Positions 29,089-39,012 are shown, numbered from the whole stretch's first letter. The stretch: DNA of 59,564 bases, filler included, from 4 parts of 4 records of this genome joined end to end with filler, not necessarily neighbours in it, one strand, 5' to 3'. The notes: generated from the letters alone by a model not told the origin. Numbers and translations are program-made.

Positions 29089-29572
29089 AGCCGCCCTGCC
29101 GGACCGTGTTGCTTTGGCAACAGGCCGGTTGGAATTTGCAGTCCCCAGGACTGTGTACTGCCAGCTTTCTGTATGTTTGCCCCCCCCTCAGTTGTGGAGA
29201 GCCTGGTCATTCCGGTCGCACCCTGATCGCCTGACGCGGCATCACGTCACCGGTGACCGATTTCCACGTTTCGTTATCTGCGCGCCCGGAAATTCGCCTC
29301 TGACGGACTGAGTTTTCAAGAATGCGTCACGCCGCCTACGCATCACCTACACGAGGCAGTCTCAATTCCTTCGCCGAGTGTCACAAAGCGCCCGACCGGA
29401 CAGGCGGCACACTTGCTACATTATCGTGCAAAACCCCAAAACTCTTCTACTTCGTATACGGAATTGATACAGAAGCGCCTTCGCAAAACTTTGATTTGAA
29501 GCTTGCCACGGAAAAAAAGTAGCCAGCCCTCCAAGCGGCAAATTGTGCGCCGCAACAAGGAATGGGCTTCTC

Positions 29573-32017
29573 ATGAAACGTCATCTTCGCTCTGCAACCG
29601 CAATTGCAGCTCTCTCCCTCTCTAGCCAGTTCGTCGCCTTTGCCGACCCGGATGCCGCCGAAACCGACCGCCGGCTCGAAACCGTCACCGTGACGACGCA
29701 GAAACAGGAACAGACGCTCATCGATGTTCCGATCAACGTGTCCGTCACCGACCAGGACCTGATCAACAAGCTGGCCGCAGATGACATCGAAGACCTCGGC
29801 AATTTCGTCCCGGGCCTCCAGGTCCAGGCACAAAGCCTGAACGCCCCGAGCTACTCGCTGCGCGGCGTCGTCTCCGACAGCGGCATTCCGCGCGTCGCTC
29901 TCTTCCAGAACGGCGTCGCCGTCGGCAATCCGGGCTATGGTGCAAACCTCGCCATCTTCGACATGGAACGCGTCGAGGTCGTGAAAGGCCCACAGGCCAC
30001 CCTGTTCGGCCAGGGCGCCCTCGTTGGCGGCATCAACTTCATCCAGAACCGTGCATCGCTGGAAGGCAATTCAGGCGCGGCCACGCTGGAGGCCGGCGAC
30101 TACAGTTCCGTCCGCGCCGAAGGTCACTACAACTGGGCCATCAACGACACACTCGCCCTGCGTGTCGCTGGCCAGCTCAAGCAGATGGATGGCTATGTGC
30201 CGAACACGGCGAACTCGCCGGACCTGATGGGTCAGGACACGACCGCTGTCCGCACTGCATTGCGCTGGGCGCCGACCGACCAGCTGACCGCCGACATTTT
30301 CGTGAACTATCAGGAAGACGATTCCACCGGCACGCAGTTCACCTCCGGCTTCTTCCCGGTCAACGGCAAGGTCGACCCTTATGGCGCCACCGCCATGAAT
30401 ATCAATCCGGACCAGGTGCGCAGCAAACTCGGCAACGACCGCGAGCTTTTCTACATCACCTCCAACATCGAATATGACATCAACGATGCCTGGTCGCTGA
30501 CCTCGCTCACCGACTATCGCAATCTCTTCTCGAAGGAAGCCTGGGACTCCGATGGCGCAGCGTTCAACCTGCTCCAGTTCTACCAGGCTCAGAAGGCCAA
30601 CACGTTCAGCCAGGAACTGCGCCTGAACTATGATGCCGGCGGCAAGCTGACGGCTTTCTTCGGCGGCAACTATTTCACCATCGACAACAAGGCGGAGCTG
30701 CGCTTCTCGACCGACGAAGCCTACGCCCAGTCGCTGTTCGCCCCGACGCTCGCCGGCGCCGCTGGCCTGACTGTGGCCGAAGCGCAAGGCTACCTCGCCT
30801 TGCTGGGCGTGCCGGACGCGCAGAATTTCGGCAGCTTCGATACACCGCTCCAATATTCCGCCCTTGCTGCCCTGCTGATGAACCAGCTCGTGCCGCTCTA
30901 TGGCGAGCATCTTGAACAGTCGCTGTCGACCGACAGCCGCGACACCTACGACCTCTTCGGCGATGTCACCTATGCCGTCACCGACCGCCTGAAGCTGACC
31001 GCCGGTCTTCGCTACACAAAGGAAGACATCAGCGCGAGCACGATCGGCCATGCGCTGAAGACTAATCCTTACCTGCTCGGCTTCGGCGGCCTGAACGGCG
31101 TGACCATGCAGTCGACCCTGCTGCTGAGCGCCGACACGCTCGACCAGCTGGCTTCGGCTTCGGAAAGCACGGATGGCGCCTTTACCTGGCGCCTTAACGC
31201 CGCTTATCGCATCTCTGACAACATCAACACCTGGGTCGCCTATGGCCGCGGCCGCCGCCCGGAAGTCCTGTCGGCATCCGGCGCGGACTACAGCCTGATC
31301 GACGCTGAAACACTGGACAATGTCGAAGCCGGTATCTTCGGCCGCTTCTTCGATGATCGCCTGCAGATGACCAGCTCTGTCTATTATGGACAGTACAAGG
31401 ACTTCCAGACGACGCGCTTCGACCCGATCAACGGCGTGTTCATCACCGAGAACTCCGGTAACGCCACCCAGTACGGCCTTGAATTCGACGGCCAGGCCCT
31501 GGTCAATGATTATGTCCGCCTGCTGGCAACCTATGCTTTCACGCATTCGGAATATGACAAGAAGGACGACAACGGGAACCCGCTGCAATTTGCCGGCAAC
31601 AAGTTCCGCCTGAGCCCGGAACAGAGCTTCTCGCTGGCCGCCGACATCACTGTGCCAATGGGTGCGCATGGCGATATCTCGATCGTCCCGAGCTATATCT
31701 GGAAGAGCAAGCACTACTTCGAGGATGACAATGGCTTCGACTATGCCGCGGACGGCAATGGCGGCTTCATCCGCATTCCGGAAATGTATCCGGATGGCAC
31801 CGTGGTGGAAGAATCGCAGGACGCCTATGGAGTCGCTAACCTGCGCGTCGGCTTCGATGCTGCCAGCCAGCGCTGGGGCGCCTATGTCCTCGGAGAGAAC
31901 ATCTTCGATGAGGAATACCTGATCGATGTCGGCAACACAGGCGGTGCCTTCGGCCTGCACACGATCATCCGCGGCAAGCCGCAAATGGTGAAAGCCGGCG
32001 TTTACGTCAAATTCTGA
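29573..32017 (+). CDS. TonB-dependent receptor
   Basis: Signal peptide, TonB box ETVTVTTQK, DVPINVSV, DMERVEVVKGPQATLFG, FSQELRL, terminal VYVKF. Confidence 0.95.
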   Translation: MKRHLRSATAIAALSLSSQFVAFADPDAAETDRRLETVTVTTQKQEQTLIDVPINVSVTDQDLINKLAADDIEDLGNFVPGLQVQAQSLNAPSYSLRGVVSDSGIPRVALFQNGVAVGNPGYGANLAIFDMERVEVVKGPQATLFGQGALVGGINFIQNRASLEGNSGAATLEAGDYSSVRAEGHYNWAINDTLALRVAGQLKQMDGYVPNTANSPDLMGQDTTAVRTALRWAPTDQLTADIFVNYQEDDSTGTQFTSGFFPVNGKVDPYGATAMNINPDQVRSKLGNDRELFYITSNIEYDINDAWSLTSLTDYRNLFSKEAWDSDGAAFNLLQFYQAQKANTFSQELRLNYDAGGKLTAFFGGNYFTIDNKAELRFSTDEAYAQSLFAPTLAGAAGLTVAEAQGYLALLGVPDAQNFGSFDTPLQYSALAALLMNQLVPLYGEHLEQSLSTDSRDTYDLFGDVTYAVTDRLKLTAGLRYTKEDISASTIGHALKTNPYLLGFGGLNGVTMQSTLLLSADTLDQLASASESTDGAFTWRLNAAYRISDNINTWVAYGRGRRPEVLSASGADYSLIDAETLDNVEAGIFGRFFDDRLQMTSSVYYGQYKDFQTTRFDPINGVFITENSGNATQYGLEFDGQALVNDYVRLLATYAFTHSEYDKKDDNGNPLQFAGNKFRLSPEQSFSLAADITVPMGAHGDISIVPSYIWKSKHYFEDDNGFDYAADGNGGFIRIPEMYPDGTVVEESQDAYGVANLRVGFDAASQRWGAYVLGENIFDEEYLIDVGNTGGAFGLHTIIRGKPQMVKAGVYVKF

Positions 32018-32026
32018 CCCTGGACC

Positions 32027-32057
32027 CGTGCCGGGAGGGGATCTCTCTCCCGGCACG
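32027..32057. other. Intercistronic stem-loop
   Basis: CGTGCCGGGAG...CTCCCGGCACG, 11-bp perfect stem with no U-tract. Confidence 0.6.
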
Positions 32058-32083
32058 CGCCCCTCTTCCGGAAAGCGCCCGAC

Positions 32084-33118
32084 ATGAAACGACTGATCTC
32101 CGCCTCCATTCTCGTTCTCGCGGCATGCGCTGGTGCGCCCGCCACGCTGCCGGACTCTGTCCAGACCGCCACGCCCATGGCCGAAGCCCCGGCGAATGCC
32201 TGGAACACACTCACGGGCGAGCGCCCCATCGTCATCGCCCACCGCGGCGCCAGCGGTCTCTACCCCGAACACACGATGATGGCCTACAAGGCAGCCATCG
32301 CGCAGGGGGCTGATTTTATCGAACCAGACCTTGTCATGACATCGGACGGTGTCCTCATCGCCCGGCATGACCTCTACCTTTCCGCCACAACCGACATCGC
32401 AGACCATCCGGAATTCGCCGACCGCAAGGTTGCGCGCCAGACGCCGTTCGGCGAACAGGAAGACTGGTGGGCGGATGATTTCACGTTCGCCGAGATCCAG
32501 ACCCTGAAAGCGCGCCAGCAATTCGAAGGCCGCCCAATGGAGTACAATGACACGCTGGACCTCGTCACCTTCCACGAGATCATGGACCTCGTCCTGGCGG
32601 AAGCGGAGAAAGGCAACATTGTCGGCCTGCACGTGGAAGCCAAATGGCCAAGCCACTACACCTCCATCGGCAAGGGTCTCGCCGACCCGATCCTCGATGC
32701 CATGAAAGCGAAAGACCTGAAGGAAGCCGGCATCCCGGTCTACATCCAATGCTTCGAACCGCCCTTCCTGGCTGAAGTCGCAGAAAAGAGCGACCTGCCG
32801 TTGATCCAGAACATGGTCGGCGCCCCCTACGCCTCCATGATGGGGCTCGAATACGATCTCGATGCCATGACGACTGACGGCGTTGGCGCCGATGTCTCCT
32901 ATGTGCTCGGCAAGCATGGCCAGCCGACAGACTTCGTCGCCCGCGCCCACGACGCCGGCCTGCTGGTGCATGTCTACACCGTGCGCGACGACCGCCCGGA
33001 TGCCCCCTTCACGGATAGCCGGGATGAACTGAAAGCGCTCTTCGGCGCGGGGGTGGATGGCGTATGGGCTGACTTCCCAGCCACCGCTGTGGCGGTGCGC
33101 GGGCAAGCGAGAGACTAA
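32084..33118 (+). CDS. Glycerophosphodiester phosphodiesterase lipoprotein (GlpQ-like)
   Basis: Lipobox LAAC; VIAHRGASGLYPEHT, GADFIEPDLVMTSDGVLIARHD, HVEAK, GVDGVWADFP. Confidence 0.94.
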   Translation: MKRLISASILVLAACAGAPATLPDSVQTATPMAEAPANAWNTLTGERPIVIAHRGASGLYPEHTMMAYKAAIAQGADFIEPDLVMTSDGVLIARHDLYLSATTDIADHPEFADRKVARQTPFGEQEDWWADDFTFAEIQTLKARQQFEGRPMEYNDTLDLVTFHEIMDLVLAEAEKGNIVGLHVEAKWPSHYTSIGKGLADPILDAMKAKDLKEAGIPVYIQCFEPPFLAEVAEKSDLPLIQNMVGAPYASMMGLEYDLDAMTTDGVGADVSYVLGKHGQPTDFVARAHDAGLLVHVYTVRDDRPDAPFTDSRDELKALFGAGVDGVWADFPATAVAVRGQARD

Positions 33119-33139
33119 GGCCGCCCGCCAAACCCACAG

Positions 33140-34345
33140 CTAGACAATCCCGCTGTCGCGCAACCTCTCGATCTGCTCCGGTGTCAGGTCGAGGAGTTCC
33201 GTCAGGACCTGTTCAGTATGCGCGCCAAGTTTCTCCGGTCCACTCCAGCGCACCGATCCCGGCGTGGATGAGAGTTTCGGGAACACGTTCTGCATCTTGA
33301 TCGTGCCCCAGCGCTCGCTCGCCAGATCCACCAGCGCCTCACGGGCGGCATAATGTGGATCGTCCAGCATGTCGCGAACGCGGTAAACCTTGCCGACCGG
33401 GACGGCGTGCTCGATCATGACCGCCTCAACCTCGTCAATCGTCCGGGTCTTGGTCCAGTCATTGATGAGATCGTCCAGCTCCACCTGGTTCTCGCCTCGC
33501 GCGACATGGGTTGCGTAACGCGGATCGTCTTTCAGATCGGGCCGCCCGATGGCATCGCAAAGCCGGGAAAAAACCGTGTTCTGGTTGGCCGCGATAATGA
33601 CCATGCCATCTGAACCGTCATAGATGTTCGAGGGCGCGATCGCCGGCAGGTAAGAGCCGGACCGCTCGCGTGTATAATTCTCGACCGTATATTCAGACAC
33701 TAGGGATTCCGTGATCGCGAGAATGGATTCATAGATCGCGGCATCGACCATCTGGCCTTCTCCGGTCTTGTTCCTGTGATGCAGCGCCGCCAGCGCGCCC
33801 ATGGTTGCAAACGTACCTGCCAGTGTGTCGCCGAGGGAAATGCCGGCGCGCGACGGCTTCCGGTCCGGCTCGCCCATCAGGTAACGCACGCCGCCCATGG
33901 CTTCCCCGACGGAGGCATATCCGGGGCGGCTCGAATACGGCCCCGTTTGTCCGTATCCGGAGATGCGGATCATGATGATCCCGGGATTCTCCTTTTTCAG
34001 GTCTTCATAACCAAGCCCCCATTTTTCCATCGTGCCCGGACGGAAATTCTCGACGACGAAGTCTGCCTGACGGACAAGCTGACGGACGATGTCCTGCCCT
34101 GCCCTCTCCCGCAGGTTTGCCGTGATGCAACGCTTGTTGCGCGCGCACACTGACCAGAGCAGCGGATACCCCGTCCGCCCCCAGGTGCGCATCGGGTCAC
34201 CCTGCCCAGGCGCCTCGACCTTGATGACATCGGCGCCCATGTCGCCAAACAGCTGCGCGCAAAAAGGCCCCGCAATCAGCTGGCCGAGTTCGAGAACGCG
34301 AAGCCCCGCCAGAGGCCCCTGTGCCGTTTCCACCGTCTTCTCCAT
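33140..34345 (-). CDS. CaiB/BaiF family III CoA-transferase
   Basis: GPLAGLRVLELGQLIAGPF, GADVIKVE, RNKR, ENFRPGTMEKWGL, ISGYGQTGPY. Confidence 0.95.
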   Translation of the reverse strand: MEKTVETAQGPLAGLRVLELGQLIAGPFCAQLFGDMGADVIKVEAPGQGDPMRTWGRTGYPLLWSVCARNKRCITANLRERAGQDIVRQLVRQADFVVENFRPGTMEKWGLGYEDLKKENPGIIMIRISGYGQTGPYSSRPGYASVGEAMGGVRYLMGEPDRKPSRAGISLGDTLAGTFATMGALAALHHRNKTGEGQMVDAAIYESILAITESLVSEYTVENYTRERSGSYLPAIAPSNIYDGSDGMVIIAANQNTVFSRLCDAIGRPDLKDDPRYATHVARGENQVELDDLINDWTKTRTIDEVEAVMIEHAVPVGKVYRVRDMLDDPHYAAREALVDLASERWGTIKMQNVFPKLSSTPGSVRWSGPEKLGAHTEQVLTELLDLTPEQIERLRDSGIV

Positions 34346-34380
34346 ATTACCCTCCGCCTGTCTGGCTATCTCGCCCCTGC

Positions 34381-34655
34381 TCAGTCACATGCCGCATCCG
34401 ATGTGACCGCCCTGCCCCCCAGAGTCTTGAGGATGACATCCTTGATCACTTCAAGGAGGGCGGCCCGCTCCTGCTCCGGATGACGCAGGGCCCTGGCGGA
34501 CACGCCGGAGAAGATAGTAAAAATCAGCTCCGTCCGGGCTTCAGCTTCGTCTACGCCCGCCCGGCGCAGAATGGACATGAACCGCCAGCGCATCATGATG
34601 CTGCTTGATCGCCGCAACATCCGGATTCCTATTGCGCCTCTGCCTGGATTTCAAA
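34381..34655 (-). pseudogene. Degraded TetR-family regulator, C-terminal domain only
   Basis: Shifting frames give FEIQAEA / RNPDVAAI / RFMSIL..AEARTELIFTIFSGVSARALRHP; no HTH upstream. Confidence 0.6.
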
Positions 34656-34759
34656 AATTCAGGACTATCCTGAACGGTTCATTGTTGATGGAAAAAAATT
34701 GAGTTCGTTGTCAAGGATCGTTTTATACCAACCGCCAAGAAGAGCCTGCAAGCACTATC

Positions 34760-34850
34760 GCTCGCCGCGACCAGCAGTAGCTGATCCTGGCGCCTCGACA
34801 ATAATCTGGGCAGCATCGCCCTCTACAAGGCCCTCGGCACGTGGAGCGAA
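34760..34850 (+). pseudogene. Remnant of an outer-membrane efflux (NodT/OprM-type) gene C-terminus
   Basis: QQ*LILA/RLDNNLGSIALYKALGTW resembles the LYKALGGGW terminal motif, with a stop and a frameshift. Confidence 0.5.
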
Positions 34851-34859
34851 GACTCAAGG

Positions 34860-35225
34860 AAAACAAAACCAGGTGAACGTGTGACGGCGCAGGAACCGCT
34901 CATCCGCCTTGAGGCGATAGGCGAAACACGCATGGTCTCGGCGATTGTGAAGCATGCAGATGCAAGACGTCTGAAGGTAGGTCAGCGCGTCAGTGTGAGG
35001 CTGGACGATGGCCGGCGGGACCAGAACGCAACCATCACCGATATCAGTACGACTATCCAGCTATCGAGCGAAAACAAGCTTTACAGCCGGGATCTCAATC
35101 CCGAGCGGTATGTCCAGCTGAGCATCCGGCTGTCGGAGGAATATGCCGATGTGCCCGGCGCGGCCGTTGAAACCACGATCCACCGGCCCATGCTTCGCTC
35201 GCTTGCTGACATTTTCCGCTTGTAG
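34860..35225 (+). pseudogene. C-terminal fragment of a HlyD/membrane-fusion-type protein
   Basis: KPGERVTAQEPLIRL (second lipoyl half-motif) then beta-barrel VSAIV..LKVGQRVSVRL..ATITDIS; N-terminal part missing. Confidence 0.55.
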
Positions 35226-35230
35226 CTGGC

Positions 35231-35605
35231 GGTGAAGCCAGACTGATGCGAACCAATCTCCGTTATTCGCGGGTCAGAAGGTCCTAAAGAAAGAGAAGGT
35301 CTCGCCGTTCATGGAGATCGACGTCGCGTATTCGCCTAATCCGAACTCTGGTGCTGATGAGCCTTTGGAAGTTGAGGTATTTGTACACTGACGAATGGGT
35401 GGAGACAAATTTCTGCAGGCTTTGCATACACCGAAATCAAGGCATGGCTCGCTCCCGCCTTCGGAAAAGCACGAGAGAGTTCTCAACGCGATTGTTCAGT
35501 TGGTACCCGGTTTCCCAGCGCCCCACATTCCCGATCACCTTCATAGCCGCCCGACAGGATGGGCATTTGTTCGTGACGACGATATGGTTTGCTCGCCGGT
35601 AAAGA
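35231..35605 (-). mobile_element. IS6-family transposase remnant (3' part, in-frame stop)
   Basis: IVVTNKCPSCRAAMKVIGNVGRWETGYQLNNRVENSLVLFRRRERAMP*FRCMQSLQKFVSTHSSVY matches the alphaproteobacterial IS6 C-terminus. Possible degenerate end GGTGAAGCCAGAC at 35231. Confidence 0.8.
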
Positions 35606-35623
35606 TAACGAGACTCCGCCTCA

Positions 35624-36913
35624 TCAACCCGGCTGAACATCGATGAAGCGGCCACCGCCCTTAACGAGCTGCTTGAGCGTTTCGCTCGGTGCAAAGCGCT
35701 CATCTTCTGCACCAAGACGCTCCATGGTGGCGAGCACCGCTTCGGCCCCGACCATATCCCCATAGAGCATGGGCCCGCCTTTGTCTGATGGCCAGCCATA
35801 GCCATTAAGCCAGACAATATCGATATCGGAAGCCCGCTGCGCTTTCTTCTCCTCGAGAATCTTGAGCCCTTCATTGATCATCGGGTGAATACAGGTCGCT
35901 ATGATATCGTCCTGGCTGGGCGCCGATCCGGGCTTCACGCCCGTGATATCAGCGATGATCTTTGCGGTCACCTCTGACGGAATGGGGCTGCGGTTTTCAT
36001 CATAGTCATAATACCCTGCACCGGTTTTCTGGCCACGCCGGTCAAGTTCGCAAAGTGCGTCACGGATCGGGTTTGCAGTCTTTGCCCCTTTCTTCCAGCC
36101 GATATCCAGACCGGCAAGATCAGACATCTGATAAGGGCCCATCCGAAACCCGAACGCATTCAGGGCCGCATCGACATCCCAGGGCATGGCGCCTTGGGCG
36201 ACGAGCTTCTGCGCTTGTGCCTGGCGGGCAAACAGGATGCGGTTGCCCACAAATCCGGGGCAGACACCGACCAGCACTGCGATCTTGTTGATGGTCCTGG
36301 CCAGATCCATGCAGGTTGCGATGACATCGTCTGCCGTGTGATCTGTCCGAACGATTTCGAGAAGCTTCATCACATTGGCGGGGGAAAAGAAATGCAGTCC
36401 GATGACATCTTCCGGCCGTTTGGTGACGCTGCCGATCTCGTTGATGTCCAATGCGGATGTATTGGTGGCAAGGATCGCACCCGGCTTCATGATCCGGTCC
36501 AGGTCGGAGAATATTTTCTTCTTCAGGTCCATGTCTTCAAAGACGGCCTCAATGACAAGGTCACAGTCTGCAAAATCTTCCATATTCAGTGTGCCCGTCA
36601 GGCAGGCCATACGCGCCTCGACTTCGTCTTGCGGAAACCGTCCCTTGTCGGCGCTGCGCTGATAATGGCCACGAACTATACCGAGACCACGATCAAGGGC
36701 TTCCTGCTTTTGCTCCAGTATCAGCACCGGAATGCCCACCGTGGCGAAATTCATTGAAATACCGCCGCCCATCGTCCCGGCGCCGATGACCCCCACTTTC
36801 TGGATTTTGCGGCGTTGGGTATCAGCGGGCACATCAGGCACAATCCAAGCATCGCGCCCCGCCTTCGCGATATAATCGGACACTTGCTCTGGTGTAATTG
36901 AAATAGCAGGCAT
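35624..36913 (-). CDS. 3-hydroxyacyl-CoA dehydrogenase (no hydratase domain)
   Basis: VGVIGAGTMGGGI, DLVIEAVFE, ATNTSAL, GLHFFSPANVMKLLE, GFVGNR, DLAGLDIGW. Confidence 0.94.
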   Translation of the reverse strand: MPAISITPEQVSDYIAKAGRDAWIVPDVPADTQRRKIQKVGVIGAGTMGGGISMNFATVGIPVLILEQKQEALDRGLGIVRGHYQRSADKGRFPQDEVEARMACLTGTLNMEDFADCDLVIEAVFEDMDLKKKIFSDLDRIMKPGAILATNTSALDINEIGSVTKRPEDVIGLHFFSPANVMKLLEIVRTDHTADDVIATCMDLARTINKIAVLVGVCPGFVGNRILFARQAQAQKLVAQGAMPWDVDAALNAFGFRMGPYQMSDLAGLDIGWKKGAKTANPIRDALCELDRRGQKTGAGYYDYDENRSPIPSEVTAKIIADITGVKPGSAPSQDDIIATCIHPMINEGLKILEEKKAQRASDIDIVWLNGYGWPSDKGGPMLYGDMVGAEAVLATMERLGAEDERFAPSETLKQLVKGGGRFIDVQPG

Positions 36914-37247
36914 TGATTTGTCTTTCGTTTGATGAACGCGGCCGCGCAGACGCGTATTCAGGGAGTTGTGTTGCGTTACCCTACTATCTGAACCTCAAAT
37001 TATGGAAGCCTGAGCGACTTCAGCGCTGTCCGCTGATGTGCCGCACCCACCAGTATGGGTCCGGCTGAGGCACCTCACCGCCGCTCCCCCCAAATCCACA
37101 AGCCGCTTCGGGCGTTGGTGGAGTGGTGGATGTCGGGCGCGAAGTTCGCCCTGTTCCGGAAACGGAGACACAGCCCTGACGCCAAAGCCCGCGGTGTGTG
37201 GGGCTTGCGCGGAGTTGGCGGGACTATTCGCTGTTTAGGGGTGTGGC

Positions 37248-37318
37248 TGGCGGTGAGACAGGGATTCGAACCCTGGAGACTATTGCTAGCCTACACACTT
37301 TCCAGGCGTGCGCCTTCG
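37248..37318 (-). tRNA. tRNA-Ser (GGA), 5' end cut by contig edge
   Basis: Minus strand: anticodon arm CACGC-CTGGAAA-GTGTG, long variable arm AGGCTAGCAATAGTCT, T-arm CAGGG-TTCGAAT-CCCTG, 3' TCTCACCGCCA. Confidence 0.95.
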
Positions 37319-37418
37319 NNNNNNNNNNNNNNNNNNNNNNNNNNNNNNNNNNNNNNNNNNNNTTAATTAATTAANNNNNNNNNNNNNNNNNNNNNNNNNN
37401 NNNNNNNNNNNNNNNNNN
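37319..37418. other. Artificial contig linker
   Basis: N-run + TTAATTAATTAA + N-run. Confidence 0.99.
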
Positions 37419-37509
37419 CCCCGCCACTGGCGAGCAGATCAAGAAAGAAGCCGACAAGGTGGTCAAGGTGACCATTGCGAAGGCCCTGAAGGACAGCGTG
37501 AACGGCTAA
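37419..37509 (+). CDS. HU-family DNA-binding protein, C-terminal end
   Basis: Hand translation PATGEQIKKEADKVVKVTIAKALKDSVNG*. Confidence 0.88.
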
Positions 37510-37533
37510 TCGCCGGACCGATCCGACAGTATC

Positions 37534-37564
37534 AGGGTCGCCCATTGGGCGGCCCTTTTCTTTT
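37534..37564 (+). terminator. Intrinsic terminator after HU
   Basis: AGGGTCGCCC-att-GGGCGGCCCT followed by TTTCTTTT. Confidence 0.85.
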
Positions 37565-37575
37565 GGTGCCGCGCC

Positions 37576-38190
37576 TCAGGCCGTTGCCGCCATCAGCTCT
37601 GCATCATAGGCCACCGCGCGTTTCATCGCCGGACGGTTTGCACAACGGGCGACCCACCCCTGTATGTCCGGGTTCTCAGGCATCAGATGCGGCAGGGTGC
37701 TGAAGGTCGAGGCGATGATCAGATCTGCGACCGTATAGTCATGTCCCATCAGATAGGGTTGCCCCTGCAAAGCCATGGCCAGTCGGTCGATGGCCTCGGG
37801 CAGACCGCGAAACGTGGAGGTCAGAACCGGGTGCTCGATCTCGCATAGCGTGAACACAATCACCGGCTCCAGCACGCCGCTATACCAGGCCAGCCAGCTT
37901 AGAAACGGGCCGCGATCCGGTGCGCCGATGGGGCGGGCCAACCCGGCCTTGGGCGCCAGTTCCGCCAGATAGAGCGCAATGGCCGTGGATTCCCGGATCA
38001 TGGCACCGTCATCGACCAGCAAAGGCACCTTGCCCTCTGGATGCGGGTTTTTCGGGTCGCGCCCGCCGCCGCCGTCCCGGCGCGGGACCGAGACAGGTTC
38101 GATGTGAACCCTGTCCTGTATGCCCAATTCGTCGATCAGGGCGACGATCCGTGACGAGCGGCTGAAAGGCGCGTGGTAGAGTGTCAGCAC
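37576..38190 (-). CDS. Glutathione S-transferase family protein
   Basis: LYHAPFSRSSRI, PHPEGKVPLLVD, IRESTAIALYL, YTVADL. Confidence 0.93.
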   Translation of the reverse strand: MLTLYHAPFSRSSRIVALIDELGIQDRVHIEPVSVPRRDGGGGRDPKNPHPEGKVPLLVDDGAMIRESTAIALYLAELAPKAGLARPIGAPDRGPFLSWLAWYSGVLEPVIVFTLCEIEHPVLTSTFRGLPEAIDRLAMALQGQPYLMGHDYTVADLIIASTFSTLPHLMPENPDIQGWVARCANRPAMKRAVAYDAELMAATA

Positions 38191-38270
38191 GGGATTGATC
38201 CTTCTTGTGTTGAGTTGCCGTGTGATCCCTCTATGCTCCCCCTATCCTGTCAGTTTCCGTCAGGAGCGTT

Positions 38271-38957
38271 ATGCCCCGCACCGACCGAATGTTCCGCCTG
38301 CTGCATCTTCTTCGCAGCCTGCCCGCGCCCGTCACCGCCGCGCGTCTGGCCGCCGAAACCGGTGTGTCCGAACGCACGCTTTACCGCGATATCGACAGCC
38401 TGCGCGCGGCGGGTGCGCTGATTGATGGCGAAGCGGGCTATGGCTATCGCCTGACCGAAGACCCCGCCGTACCGCCGCAGATGTTTGACCGACACGAGGT
38501 CGAGGCGCTGGTTCTGGGCCTGTCCGAGGTCAGCGCGACCGGCGACAGCGCCTTGGCAGAGGCCGCCGACCGGGCGCTGGCCAAGATCACCGCCCGCCTG
38601 CCCGAACGCGTGGCGCAACAGGCGGCCCATGCGGTCAGCATGGTCTACCGTTTCCGCCCATCTGCCCGCGCGTCAGAACTGCTGGAGCCGCTGCGCCAGG
38701 CATCGTGGCAGGAACGCGCCGTCGATATCACCTATCGAGACCGGCTGGGGGCCCTCACGAAACGCCGGATCTGGCCCCTTTCGGTGATCTTTCTGGAACA
38801 GCGCCAGTTCGTCCTTGCATGGTGTTGCCTGCGGCAGGGGTTTCGCAAGTTCGATCCAGAACAGATCGAAGACCTGACGGACACAAACGATTCCTTCCGC
38901 CCGAACCGGGTGCCGCTGCTGCGCGACTATGTTGATCAGTTGCGGAATGGGGGCTGA
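38271..38957 (+). CDS. YafY-type HTH-WYL transcriptional regulator
   Basis: TAARLAAETGVSERTLYRDIDSL, IDGEAGYGY, RRIWPL, AWCCLRQGFRKF. Confidence 0.93.
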   Translation: MPRTDRMFRLLHLLRSLPAPVTAARLAAETGVSERTLYRDIDSLRAAGALIDGEAGYGYRLTEDPAVPPQMFDRHEVEALVLGLSEVSATGDSALAEAADRALAKITARLPERVAQQAAHAVSMVYRFRPSARASELLEPLRQASWQERAVDITYRDRLGALTKRRIWPLSVIFLEQRQFVLAWCCLRQGFRKFDPEQIEDLTDTNDSFRPNRVPLLRDYVDQLRNGG

Positions 38958-39012
38958 CCTTTCCCGCGCCGCAGGCTATGGCGGTTAACAAGGCAAGAAA
39001 CGGAGACAGGCA

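Noticed and set aside
29402-29418. GG-N10-GC sigma-54-like spacing upstream of the TBDR
   Set aside because: The -24 element (AGGCGG) departs from TGGCAC; too weak to call.
30071-33106. 1011-aa antisense ORF over the TBDR and GDPD genes
   Set aside because: Shadow frame of high-GC coding sequence with no motifs; the sense genes are clearly real.
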